A stretch of DNA of 64,000 nt from Octopus vulgaris (taxonomy: Eukaryota), in contig OX597814.1 in assembly GCA_951406725.2 (NCBI GenBank), positions 131,564,001-131,628,000 of the forward strand. The letters are read 5' to 3'. The notes beneath the pieces are model-generated. The model saw nothing but the letters and a program-made list of their open reading frames with translations. It ran no database searches and was not told where the DNA came from. This document shows positions 26,646-37,918 of the stretch, piece by piece. Positions within the stretch are counted from its first letter, which is position 1. The number at the start of each line of letters is the position of its first letter. The position numbers were made by a program, and so were the translations under genes.

Positions 26646-27154
26646 AGCAAACATGATTTGCATTATGTACATTGTTTTGTCTTGTTATAAAAGATGGGCT
26701 ACTGCAAATATTCTGCTCAATACCACAGATTTGCTTGTCAGTTGTTTGACCTTAACCAGTTGAGCATGTCCCTTGGTGGCTGATGATATGTGCATCTCTG
26801 ATCATGAGCAGAAGTAGTGGGGGAGCATCATAGCCATGTGTTGAGAAGAATTCTTTGGGGTTTAGATAATTCACCTTTGAAAACATGAGTGTTTCATTCA
26901 ACAACCTTAGACAACCCTTATTCAGGGACCTTTTGAGTAGGATGGGGTATTCAACTAGAAGAAAATTGTAACTGGGCCCCAGCTACAAGGTCTTGTGCTG
27001 TTTATCTTGATATGAGATCACCATGTCATGCACATATGGTTGTGATGCACGTGCCTGGTGTACCCTTATCAGATGGGTAGTCCTGATGAGTATACTGAGC
27101 TTCATATATTTGTACCCCAGTGTCACTTTGATGGCATGCACTGCTCTCTCACTC
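26646..27154 (+). mobile_element. Element X copy 2
   Basis: Same sequence and same 5' junction (agcaaacatgatttgca) as copy 1. Confidence 0.8.
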
Positions 27155-27310
27155 AATAATGATAACAAAAAAAAAAAATACAATCCCTTAAAATTTGAAA
27201 TTGCTAGAATTTGGAATATGAAAACTCTAAAGATTGTTATAATAGGTGCATTGGTAACTGTAAGTAAAGATGTAGACAAATGGTTGGAGGAGATTGAAAT
27301 AAAATGTCCT

Positions 27311-27495
27311 CTTTTATTTTATTTAGTTTCAGCTCACAAGCTGTGGCCATGCTGGGGCACCGCCATTAGAATGGAATGCTTACAGCACCTAGGTTTCCCA
27401 AGCGGTCACCCATCTAAGTACTAACTAGGCTCGATGTTGCTTAACTTCTGTGATCGGACGAGAATCGGTGCTTTCAACGTGATATGGCCATAAGC
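27311..27495 (-). mobile_element. 5S rRNA-headed retroposon (candidate SINE3)
   Basis: Full 5S copy followed by ccattctaatggcggtgccccagcatggccacagcttgtgagctgaaactaaataaaa, a tail shared with SINE family B. Confidence 0.75.
27375..27495 (-). pseudogene. 5S rRNA copy, full length, dispersed
   Basis: Minus strand GCTTATGGCCATATCACGTTGAAAGCACCGATTCTCGTCCGATCACAGAAGTTAAGCAACATCGAGCCTAGTTAGTACTTAGATGGGTGACCGCTTGGGAAACCTAGGTGCTGTAAGCATT, with box A and box C recognisable. There is no oligo-T terminator right after it. Confidence 0.92.
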
Positions 27496-27726
27496 TGTTG
27501 AGCTTTTACAGAAAGTTTGCCTCTTGCAAACAGGAAAGATTATCAGGAGGTTTTTAAGCACTTGAAAGACTATTGAAAGCTAGTGGATACCTACATAGGT
27601 AGCTAGGTAATAACCCACTACCTATGTAAATCCTACTAGGAATAAAACCAAACCTGAATCAAATCAATGCACTACTCTCTCAATAATAATAATAATAATG
27701 ATAATAATAATAATAATAATGATAGA

Positions 27727-28020
27727 TTAAAAAAAAGGTACTGAAACCTATTTGAAAATGGTACCAGGCTTTCCATCCTACAGGAAGTGCAAAAAATCGT
27801 GTTAATTGGAACGACTCATGTACTTAGAAGAGCATAATCGCTGTGAAAACAACATCCATTCATGAATTTATTTGTTTATTAATTTTTTTAAAATACATAT
27901 TTTACCTGTGAATTTGTGTGCATAATCTGGGAATGTATACAATGACCTTCTCTGCCATAGGTGTACGGAAAACACTCAGCGAGAAATGGAAGAAAATTTG
28001 AAGAAAGAAGGAAAAATATA
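27727..28020 (+). mobile_element. R4/Dong-like 3' end (family gamma, short copy)
   Basis: Closely matches 29098-29388; (AAT)n on both sides. Confidence 0.85.
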
Positions 28021-28251
28021 TTAATAATAATAATAATAGTTGTTTCAAATGTTTGGCACAAGGCCAGCAATTTTGGTGGTGGGGTAAGTTGATTACATTA
28101 ACACCAGTGTTCAACTTCTACTTATTTTATCAACCCCAAAAGTATGAAAGGCAAAAGAAAAATTTGAACTCAGAATGTAAAAACAGACCAAATGCTGCTA
28201 AGCATTCTGCCCGGCATGCTAATGGTTCAACCAACTCACTGCCTTGATAAC

Positions 28252-28283
<32 letters not shown>

Positions 28284-28317
28284 TAATAATAATAATGATA
28301 ATAATAATAATAATAAT

Positions 28318-29388
28318 TCGCAAAAAATTCGCTACTGATCTCTTAGATACCTACCAGATTGATCAGGTTGAAGGAAATGCACCAACTTCTGCTGCAAAGA
28401 AAATAAAATTAATTGCAAAGGCAAAAGTACATGAAAAATTAGCTAGCAGATGGGACCAGAAACCTCTGCATGGCAAGTATGTGGCCCGTAGCAAACAAGC
28501 TGATGTTGACCAGAAACACACACATCAATGGTTACAAAGCTCAGGGCTAAAAGCAGAGAGTGAAGGTTTCATATTAGCTGCTCAAGACCAAAGCTTATTG
28601 ACCTGGAACTACCAAGCCAATGTGATAAAAAATGGAGCTGACTCAAAATGCCGATTCTGTAATGATGAGATTGAAACTATAGGCCACTTAATCTCAGGGT
28701 GTAGAGTCTTAGCACCTGCAGAATATAAAGCAAGACATGACAACGTCAGCCAGTATTTACACTGGACAACATGTGGGCATTATAAAATTAAAACAGCTGA
28801 CAAATGGTATAAACACAATCTTGAAGCTGTGACTGAGAGAGAATTTGTGTTGATTCTCTGGGACTTCCCCATACATACCGAAAAAACTATAAAAGCTAAT
28901 AAACTGGATATTATTATAAAAGATCAGACAAAAAAGGTGTGTTTATTAATGGAAATGAGTATCCCTTGCGATCACAATATAGCGGCGAAAGAATTTGACA
29001 AGATCAATAAATATAAAGACTTGCTAATAGAAATTGAAAAAATGTGCCATCTCAAGGTGACTACAGTACCAGTGATTGTAGGATCTCTAGGAATGATAAA
29101 AAAAGGTACTGAAATCTATTTGAAAATGATACCAGGCTTACCATCCCTACAGGAAGGGCAAAAAAATCGGGTTAACTGGAACGACTCATGTACTGAGAAG
29201 TACATTATCACTGTAAAAACAACATCCATTCATGAATTTATTTATTTATTAATATTTTAAATACATATTTTACCTGTGAATTTGCATGTGTAATCTGGGA
29301 ATGTATACAACGAGCTTCTCTGCCCTAGGTGTACGGAAAACACTCAGCGAGAAATGGAAGAAAATTTGAAGAAAGAAGGAAAAAAACA
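28318..29388 (+). mobile_element. R4/Dong-like RLE retrotransposon 3' fragment (family gamma, ~1.07 kb)
   Basis: ORF 28244-29260 contains KPLHGKY, LAAQDQSL, a CCHC knuckle (CRFC..ETIGHLISGC), RHD and the RLE motif (KLDIIIKD...EMSIP...KINKYKDL...PVIVGSLG). Flanked by (AAT)n. Confidence 0.92.
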
Positions 29389-29609
29389 TAATAACGATGA
29401 CGATAATCCTTTCTACTATAGGCACAAGGCCTGAAATCTGGAGGAAGGGGACTAGTCTATTACATCGACCTCAGTGTTTCACTGATACTTAACTTTGCCT
29501 TTCACCCCAAAGGGTGAAGGGCAAAGTTGAACTCTCAGAATTTAAGGATGGGTAAAATGTCACTAAGCACTTTTGTCTGGCATGCTAATGATTCTGTTAA
29601 CTCACCACC

Positions 29610-29639
<30 letters not shown>

Positions 29640-29642
<3 letters not shown>

Positions 29643-30098
29643 GTAAGCCAGGGATCATTCTCATATAATTTTCGGTTCCCTTCTTGATCATTCCTAGTGC
29701 TCCTACGATCACTGGTATTGTAACCGCCTTGAGATGCCAAAATTGAGAAAATGTGGCATCTCAAGGTGGTTACAATACCAGTGATCGTAGGAGCACTAGG
29801 AATGATCAAGAAGGGAACCAAAAATTATATGAGAATGATCCCTGGCTTACCATCCCTGCAAGAAGTGCAAAAGATTGTCTTAACTGGTACATCACACGTA
29901 TTGAGAAGAGCATTGTCGATGTGAGAACTGTTGCTGCTCATGTATTTTAATTTAACTTAAAAAAAAAAAAAAAATGAGCGAATTAGTGAGGTTAGTTTAA
30001 TGGCATACCAATGTATACTATGAGTTTCTTTGCCCTAGGAGTCAGGAAGACACTCGGCAAGAAATGGAAGCAAATTTGAAAGACGAAGAAAAAAAAAA
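29640..30098 (+). mobile_element. R4/Dong-like 3' fragment (family delta) with 5' inverted duplication
   Basis: IEKMWHLKVVTIPVIVGALGMIKKG...LQEVQKIVLTGTSHVLRRALSM. Segment 29640-29739 is the reverse complement of 29754-29853. Confidence 0.88.
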
Positions 30099-30350
30099 AT
30101 AATAATAATAATACTCCTTTCTACTATAGGCACATGGCCTGAAATTTGGGTGGGTAGGGGGGGTAATCAATTACATCGATTCCAGTACTCAACTGGTACT
30201 TAATCTATCAACCCCAGAAAGGATGGAAGGCAAAGTTGACCTTGGTGGAATTTGAACTCAGAAATACCACTAAATATTTTGCCCAGTGTGCTAACGGTTC
30301 TGCCAGCTTGCAACCTTCATATAATAATAACAATAACAATAATAATAATA

Positions 30351-30858
30351 AGCATCACTGAGAAAAATTAATATAATATTCTGTGGGATGCTACAATCCA
30401 ATGTGACTCCCTAATTGATGCTTGGAGACCAGATATTGTTGTGGAAGATAAAATAAAAGAGGAAATTAAGGGCATAGATATTGCCATACTTGGGATTAAT
30501 GGATAGATGACAAAAAGCTGGAAAAATACAAATTACTAAAAGATGAAATTGCAAGAATGAGGGCAGTGAGGAGAGTGACTGTTATCCCATTAGATATACG
30601 GCACTCGGAGCACTTTTACTAGGTTTGAGAAATATGCCCGAGAAATCGGATTTGATATGTGGGCAGAGTAGGTCCCAAAATTTCTCTATTGGGAACGAGG
30701 GTTTTGAGATTGGTGCTTGGGTGTTGAGTGACTTCTATGGTAAGATAACATGGTAAGTTCCAAAGCTTATGATTTGCAGAAAGATCTCTGACAACAGGTT
30801 GCTGTCTGTTCTTACAGAATGAACTAGAGCAAGTAAGACTGAGAGCTCTGGCAAGTAA

Positions 30859-30860
<2 letters not shown>
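30351..30860 (+). mobile_element. R4/Dong-like RLE fragment (family epsilon), decayed
   Basis: LWDATIQCDSLIDAWRPDIVVEDKIKEEIKGIDIAI...KLEKYKLLKDEIAR; (AAT)n on both sides. Confidence 0.75.
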
Positions 30861-30896
<36 letters not shown>

Positions 30897-31032
30897 TAAC
30901 AATTGGCATTAGGAAGGACATCAAGCTGTAGAAACTCCACCAGATCAAGATTGAAGCCTGGTGCAGCCATCTGGTTCGCCAGCCCTCAGTCATTCGTCCA
31001 ACCCATGCTAGCTTGAAAAGCTGACGTTAAAC

Positions 31033-31076
<44 letters not shown>

Positions 31077-31090
31077 GTAATAATAATAAA

Positions 31091-31644
31091 TGCCCTGATG
31101 CAGTATCAGGCATAGGCTCTCGTGGTTTCTGATATTAACTGATTGGAAGTGTTATCATGTACGTTGTTTTATCTTGGTATAAAAGATGGGCTACTGCAAA
31201 TATTCTGCTCAATACCTCAGATTTGCTTGTCAGTTGTTTGACTTTAACCACTTGAGCATGTCTCTTGGTGGCTGACAATATGCGTATCTCTGATCATGAG
31301 CAGAAGTAGTGGGGGAGCATCATAGCCATGTGTTGTGAGGGATTCTTTGGTTTTAGATAATTCACCTTTGAAAACATGAGTGTTTCATTCAACAACCTTA
31401 GACAACCCTTATTCAGGGACCTTTTGAGCAGGATGGGGTACTCAACCAGAAGAAAATTGTAACTGGGCCCCACCTGCAAGGTCATGTGCTGTTTATCTTG
31501 ATATGAGATCACCATGTTGTGCACATATGGTTGTGATGCATGTGCCCAGTGTACCCTTATCAGACGGGTAGTCATGATGGGTATACTGGGCTTAATATAT
31601 TTTACCCCAGTGTCACTTTGATGGCATGCACTGCTCTCTCACTC
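31091..31644 (+). mobile_element. Element X copy 3, longest (~554 bp)
   Basis: Has an extra 5' segment tgccctgatgcagtatcaggca... with hairpins; (AAT)n on both sides; no convincing ORF. Confidence 0.8.
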
Positions 31645-31645
31645 A

Positions 31646-31685
<40 letters not shown>

Positions 31686-31930
31686 TAATAATAATAATAA
31701 TTTATTTCTTTAATACCCACAAGGGGCTAAACGCAGAGAGGACAAACAAGGACAGACAAACGGATTAAGTCGATTATATCGCCCCCAGTGTGTAACTGGT
31801 ACTTATTTAATCGACCCCGAAAGGATGAAAGGCAAAGTCGACCTCGGCGGAATTTGAACTCAGAACGTAATGGCAGACGAAATACGGCTACGCATTTCGC
31901 CCGGCGTGCTAACGTTTCTACGAGCTCGCC

Positions 31931-31962
<32 letters not shown>

Positions 31963-32459
31963 GTCCATGTGAATGAAATAAGTTTAGGACATATGTTAGA
32001 ATAAACTGTGTCCCTGGAGCATTAAAGTGCGATTTCTTTAATCTAATCTGTTGAAAGCATAAAGAAGATAGACAAACAAACAGGCAGGTGAAAAGAAAAA
32101 GGAGAGCAAAAGAGAAATAATAATTAACAAATAAAAATAAAACAGTTCAAATATCACAAGACATTCAGAAGGAAATATAAAAATGCAAACGAAAATATAT
32201 ACATAATTTAAACAAGTTTGTTATTTTTATGAGTTTTTTTTCTTTTTTAAGCGAAATAAATAAACACAGAAATAATGCTATTATATTCCTACTTTTCTGC
32301 CGAGAATTTATGTTATTGTGCTTTAAAAAGAGTTCTTTGATTAAAATTAAATTTTGTCATTTATAATTGACATTTGTGGGTGGACAAATTGTTAATTTAA
32401 AGTATTTAAAGTGTGTGGGCTTTGTTGTCTGTAAATTACTGCAATAAAACTGCATGTAC

Positions 32460-32508
32460 TTACATACATACGTACATACATACATACATACATACATACA
32501 TACATACA

Positions 32509-32542
<34 letters not shown>

Positions 32543-32600
32543 CATACATACATATATATACATACACATACATACATACATACATACATACATACATACA

Positions 32601-32632
<32 letters not shown>

Positions 32633-32690
32633 CATACATACATACATACATACATACATACATACATACATACATACACACACACATACA

Positions 32691-32752
<62 letters not shown>

Positions 32753-32967
32753 CATACATACATACATAAATACATATATACATACATACATACATATATA
32801 CATAAACACAAATACATATACATACATACATACATGCATACATGCATACATACATACATACATCACACACACATACATACATACATACATACACACATAC
32901 ATACTTACATACATACATACATATATACAAACATACATACATACACACACACACATACATACATACA

Positions 32968-32998
<31 letters not shown>

Positions 32999-33015
32999 GT
33001 ATGTACATACATACA
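32460..33015. repeat. (TACA)n microsatellite, ~550 bp
   Basis: Direct reading. Confidence 0.95.
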
Positions 33016-33140
33016 TTCATGGAAAAGATTGTCAGTAAGTGAAATTTTATCTAATGAGGCTTTTCAAATAGCTTAAAGTGCTTCATTAAATGAAACTTCA
33101 AAGTTCCTGTCAATCAATTATATAAAATAAATATTTCTCT

Positions 33141-33948
33141 TTAACCCTTTTTCACTCAGATTACTTTGTCAAATATTCTTCTTCTTCTCATGTCCACTGG
33201 TGCCTTTGAGCTGCACATTGAGCAGTCAGTGATCCCTAATTATCTCCCTCTCTGGCCAACCAGTATGCTTCTTCCCAGGTGATGTTCTGTCTGTGTAGGC
33301 CTTCTATGAAGGTACTACACCATGTCTTCCTTGGCCAACCTCTTTTTCTCTTACCTTCCTACAGCTGTTTTGGCAAGCCTCTCCTTTGGCAATCTTAGTA
33401 TGTGTACAGCCATTCTCATTTGTCATTTAGGGGCTTTACTCTTCCTGCCTGGAGAATGGCTTCATTTGTCACTCTGTTAAATATAATATTTATTTATTCA
33501 AATCATTTTGAATTAATCCTACATTATCTCCTAGTTTTGAGATGTTACCTTACTGGCACTTGTGCCGGTGGCACATGAAAAAGTATTCAAGCAAGGTCAT
33601 TGCCAGTACTGCTGGACTGGCTCCTGTGCAGGTGGCACATAAAAAACACCATTTGAGCGTGGTCGGAGGCATGTAAAAGCACTCACTACACTCTTGGAGT
33701 GGTTGGTGTTAGGAAGGGCATCTAGCTGTAGAAACTCTGCCAGATCAGATTGGAGCCTGGTGCAGCGATCTGGTTTGCCAGTCCTCAGTCAAATTGTCCA
33801 ACCCATGCTAGCATTGAAAGCGGACGTTGAACGATGATGATGATTGTAGGGTTGGTGTGATGAAGTGAAAGGCCAATTCTAGTCAGTTTAGACATAAAAC
33901 AGGTAGTATATCTGGGCTGGACATGGCCATTTTAAATGCTAATAGTTG
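33141..33948. mobile_element. piggyBac-like MITE interrupted by two RTE fragments
   Basis: Starts ttaacccttttt...cagattactttgtcaaat and ends ...tttaaatgctaatagttga. An inverted copy of the same MITE spans 34281-37598. Confidence 0.6.
33185..33478 (-). mobile_element. RTE-clade LINE 3' fragment (second family)
   Basis: Minus-strand motifs RVTNEAIL, HILRLPKERLAKTA and GKRKRGWPRKTW across frameshifts. Confidence 0.7.
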
Positions 33949-34379
33949 ATTCAGAGATGTAAAGTCCTAACTTCAGTTAATGCTTTACTTTTTATTTAAA
34001 ACCATTTATAATATCTCCTTATATAAAAAGCCAGATCACATGTTACCTTTTTGTTTCTTAGTTCTATTATACTTTGTGAATGTCATTCTGAGGATGAAGC
34101 ATTATACTGTGCAGGAATGAATGAGAAAAATTTAAAACAGGGTTGAAGGAAGTGACAAATGTTAATATCATTATATAATCTGTAGCAGACATTCAAAACA
34201 TTAAAAACAAATAGCTTTCAATCTAGTTTCTTGTCTAGAAGACTTTTAGAAAGACTGAGTATTTCTCGTAGATGACTTCATTAACCATTTAGCATTTAAA
34301 CTGACCATATCCAGCCCAAATATTCTACCTGTTTTATGTCCAAAGCAGCTAGATCCAGCCTCTCATACTTACTCTACTA

Positions 34380-35264
34380 TCTATATACAAATAAAAGTGA
34401 GGTTCAATCTTGCTTGCTTGCAATGTTACACAGCCAAACTGGTGCGTAATGGGAAAATACTATGAATTAAGTCGCCCCTGAAATGTTAATATGAACTGAA
34501 TAAACAAGTTTTGTGTAAATCAGAGTAGTAGTTATTGAGATATTCAGGGTTTGGAGGTATAAATACCCAAAACAGTGCATAATGGAAAAATGTTCCGAAT
34601 ATATTAGACAGTGATTTGCCAACAAAATAATATGATTTGTTTTTTTCACAGGAAATGTTCCTATTTTTGCTTTTGTTAAACACAATATTTTAATCATTTA
34701 GAAATATTTTTAAGTGAATGTGATTTCAAAAATGTAAGTTGTTTGTACAGTAAGTATTTATATTTCAACTTTCTTTAAGCAGACAATTTTTTTATCTTTT
34801 TTTAAAAATTATTTTCAAGTGAATACCATTGCAAAAAATTTTTTGGCATCTTTAAAAAATATTTTAAACAGAAAATGACTTTAAAAATATAGTAGATATT
34901 TCATAAAAGACACATTCGTAACCTTGGTGTGAAATAATTTTTTTCCATAGGTTTTTTCGAGTGCATTCAATGTTAATCACCTCCAAAGATTTGGCTGCTA
35001 TTTCTAGCACACCGTGCTACCATGTAATAACCATTAGCAATAAAAGACTTGAAATACCTATTATGTGGTAGCAGGGCATGCAATAAATAGCAGCCAAATC
35101 TTTCCTTTTCTGGGGGAAAGGAGACATTTATGTGTGATTTCAATGTCACATTCATTAAAAGCGTGTGAAATAACCAGAAAAAGAAAAAAAAACCCATGTA
35201 ACAAAATTCGGTTGGTTGGAAACTCAAACTTTCCCGGTGACCCAACAGGTCACGAATAGTCTAG
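34380..35264 (+). mobile_element. Non-autonomous Helitron
   Basis: A|TCtatatac...gtgacc-caaca-ggtcac hairpin...CTAG|T; the host MITE resumes immediately. Confidence 0.82.
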
Positions 35265-35536
35265 TGTTATTCTAAAAATAAACTATCAAATCATTGAAAT
35301 TTCAAAGCTATGAGTTATCATCATTATCATTATCCTTTGCCAGTACCGCCTGACTGGCCCTCTTGCTGGTGGCACGTAAAAGCACCCACTACACTCTCAG
35401 AGTGGTTGGCATTAGGAAGGGCATCCAGCTGTAGAAACTCTGCCAAATCAAGATTGGAGCCTGGTGCAGCCATCTGGTTTGTCAGTCCTCAGTCAAAGTG
35501 TCCAAGCCATGCTAGCATGGAAAGCGGATGTTAAAC

Positions 35537-35571
<35 letters not shown>

Positions 35572-35969
35572 AACATCTGATTTCCATGCTGGCATGAGTT
35601 GGACAATTTGGCCAGAAGTGGCAAGCAGGAGAGCTGCATCTGGTTTCAGTCTGATTTGGTTTGGTTTCTATGGCTGGATGCTCTTCCTAATGCCAACCAA
35701 TTTGCCGAGTTGTGCTGTATGGTTTTTTAATGACACCAGCACAGATGCTTCTATGTGGCACCGGCATGGGTGCTATTACATAGCACCAGCAAAGGAACTT
35801 TTTACAGAGTGCCAGCATAGGTTCTTTTACGTTGCACCAGTCCAGGGTTCTTGCAGACCAAACCTCTTCAGCAGAAGTAGCAGCATTAACAATTCTGCTG
35901 TGGGTCTTCTTGAGTACAGCAAAGCACTAAAGTACAATAATGTATGATTAATTCAAAACAATGTAAATA

Positions 35970-37551
35970 TGAGGTGATATCAAAAAGTTCACAGGCGTAG
36001 GAGTGGCTGTGTGGTAAGTAGATTGCTTACTAACCACATGGTCTGGGGTTCAGTCCCACTGTGTGGCACCTTGGGCAAGTGTCTTCTACTATAGCCTCGG
36101 GCCGACTAAAGCCTTGTGAGTGGATTTGGTAGATAGAAGAAGCCTGTCGTGTATAAATATATATATATATATGTATATGTAAAAAAATACGAACTGGGAC
36201 AAGAATGCAAAACATTTAGAAGACGATACAAAAAACACGGACGGGACATTCGAAGCCTTCAATCTTCAGTCAAGAACTGGATCATCCTCGCAATTTCGGC
36301 CGATTATATATATATATATATTTGCGTATCTGTGTTTGTCCCCCCAACATCGCTTGACAACTGATACTGGTGTGTTTATGTCTCCGTAACTTAGCAGTTC
36401 AGCAAAAGAGACTGATAGAATAAGTACTAGGCTTACAAAGAATAAGTCTTGGGGTCAATTTGCGTGACTAAAGGCAGTACTCCAGCATGGCCACAGCCAA
36501 ACTACTGAAACAAATAAAAGAATAAAGGAATAAAAGACTAGTTCCACAACATGCCAACAGATGGCAGCACATGCTTGCATGTGCAGTGAGAGCTAGCAGT
36601 AACCCTCATGAGGTGGTGTGCCAAGTGAAATCACTGCGTTTACTTTGCAAGTTGTGAAATTTGTGTTTTTGCAATCATGTGTAAGCTGTAGGCTGCGATT
36701 TTGTCATGGACATCACTTTGAAACCTGTCGAGATTTCTGTCTGTGTATCACTAATGATCCAGCCTTCATGTTGAAGATCATCACTGGTGATAAGAGTTGG
36801 GTTTACAGGTATGAGCCTGAGATGAAGCAGCAGCCATCACAATGGAAGAGGCCTTCATCTCCACAACTGGAAAAAGCACGACAGAGTCACAGCTCAATCA
36901 AGAGTAATGCCCATCGCTTTTTTTTTTTTCAACATCCACAGTATTGCGCATTGAGAATTCCTCCCTCAGTTCCAGACTGTCAATCAAGAATTCTACTGCA
37001 ACATTTTGAAGCATTCCAGGGAAAGCATATTTTTTTTACATTGGGTTTTTCGAGTGCATTCAACGTATCTCACCTCCAAAGATTTGGCTGCTATTTCTAG
37101 CACGCCCTGCTACCATGTATCAACTATTTGTGATAAAGGACTTGAAATACCTATTATGTGGTAATCCTGTCTTTTTACCACAAAGAGCGCAAAGAATTGG
37201 ATTCTTCATGATGACAATCTACTGTATCACCAAGCTCCCCTTACTTGTGAGTTTCTCACCAAAAACAACATGGTGTCACTTCCACACCCACCCTGTTCCC
37301 AAGATTTAGCACCTGTGGATTTCCTTCTCTTCCCCAAGATGGAAAAGCAACTCAAAGGTCATAATTTTATCACTTGTCAAGATCTAGAGTGGATTGCAAA
37401 AGGTCCTCCCCTTGTTTACAGAAAACAATTTTCAGGCTGGATACCAAAAGTGGCAGTTATGCTTTGGCTGGGACGATTTTGAAGAAAATGGATGTTAAAA
37501 CTTTGGTAAATTAGTTATTTTTTATTAAACATAACTACTCTGAGAACCTCA
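35970..37551 (+). mobile_element. Mariner-like transposon, decayed, with nested insertions
   Basis: TA|tgaggtgatatcaaaaagttc ... gaacctca|TA. Motifs IITGDKSWVYRYEPEMKQQPSQW and LPHPPCSQDLAPVDFLLFPKMEKQLKG. Confidence 0.88.
35991..36535 (+). mobile_element. SINE family B inserted in the mariner left end
   Basis: Full family B head, core and tail; carries a ~125-bp foreign insert (36180-36305) in its internal (TA)n. Confidence 0.85.
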
Positions 37552-37859
37552 TAAACAAGCAACACATTTGACAGGATAATCTGAATGCTAAACAGTTAAT
37601 TTTAATCTGAATAAATATCAGTATTTACAAAGACACTTGCTAACCCCTTACACTATACTAACACATGTACACTGTACTATCTTATGCTACACTATGCCAC
37701 AGTATGATATACCACATTGCATACATAAAACAAGCTATTTTTACTGCACATAAAAACACTAGAGATCAGACAGCTGTATTTGTAATTAAATAATGGTACA
37801 GTTTATGTAAAAATGACAAAACTTTTTCACCTTAACAAAATGGATCTCCCCCTCCCTCC

Positions 37860-37918
<59 letters not shown>

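Larger units (their letters stand above)
27175..27681 (+). mobile_element. R4/Dong-like 3' fragment (family beta) interrupted by a 5S-derived insert
   Basis: KYNPLKFEIARIWNMK...IIGALVTV...EIKCP | insert | VELLQKVCLLQTGKIIRR; ends atgcactactctctc(aat)n. Confidence 0.75.
34281..37598. mobile_element. piggyBac-like MITE split into four pieces by nested insertions
   Basis: Ends ttaaccatttagcatt / aatgctaaacagttaa. Host pieces at ~34281-34379, 35265-35313, 35938-35969 and 37552-37598 are collinear with the reverse complement of 33141-33948. Confidence 0.7.

Noticed and set aside
27375-27495. Functional 5S rRNA gene
   Set aside because: It is solitary, has no oligo-T terminator, is fused to a retroposon tail and is inserted inside another element.
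28244-29260. 338-aa ORF as an intact gene
   Set aside because: The N-terminus is translated (AAT)n, the RT domain is absent and the C-terminus is frameshifted; it is a truncated retroelement.
32260-32460. Homeodomain-site-rich unique segment (also 43870-44400) as an enhancer
   Set aside because: Such motifs are expected in AT-rich DNA; unsupported without conservation data.
36180-36305. Insert with ctgaaga and gccgaaa on the minus strand
   Set aside because: The motifs are in the wrong order or incomplete; no full hammerhead can be drawn.
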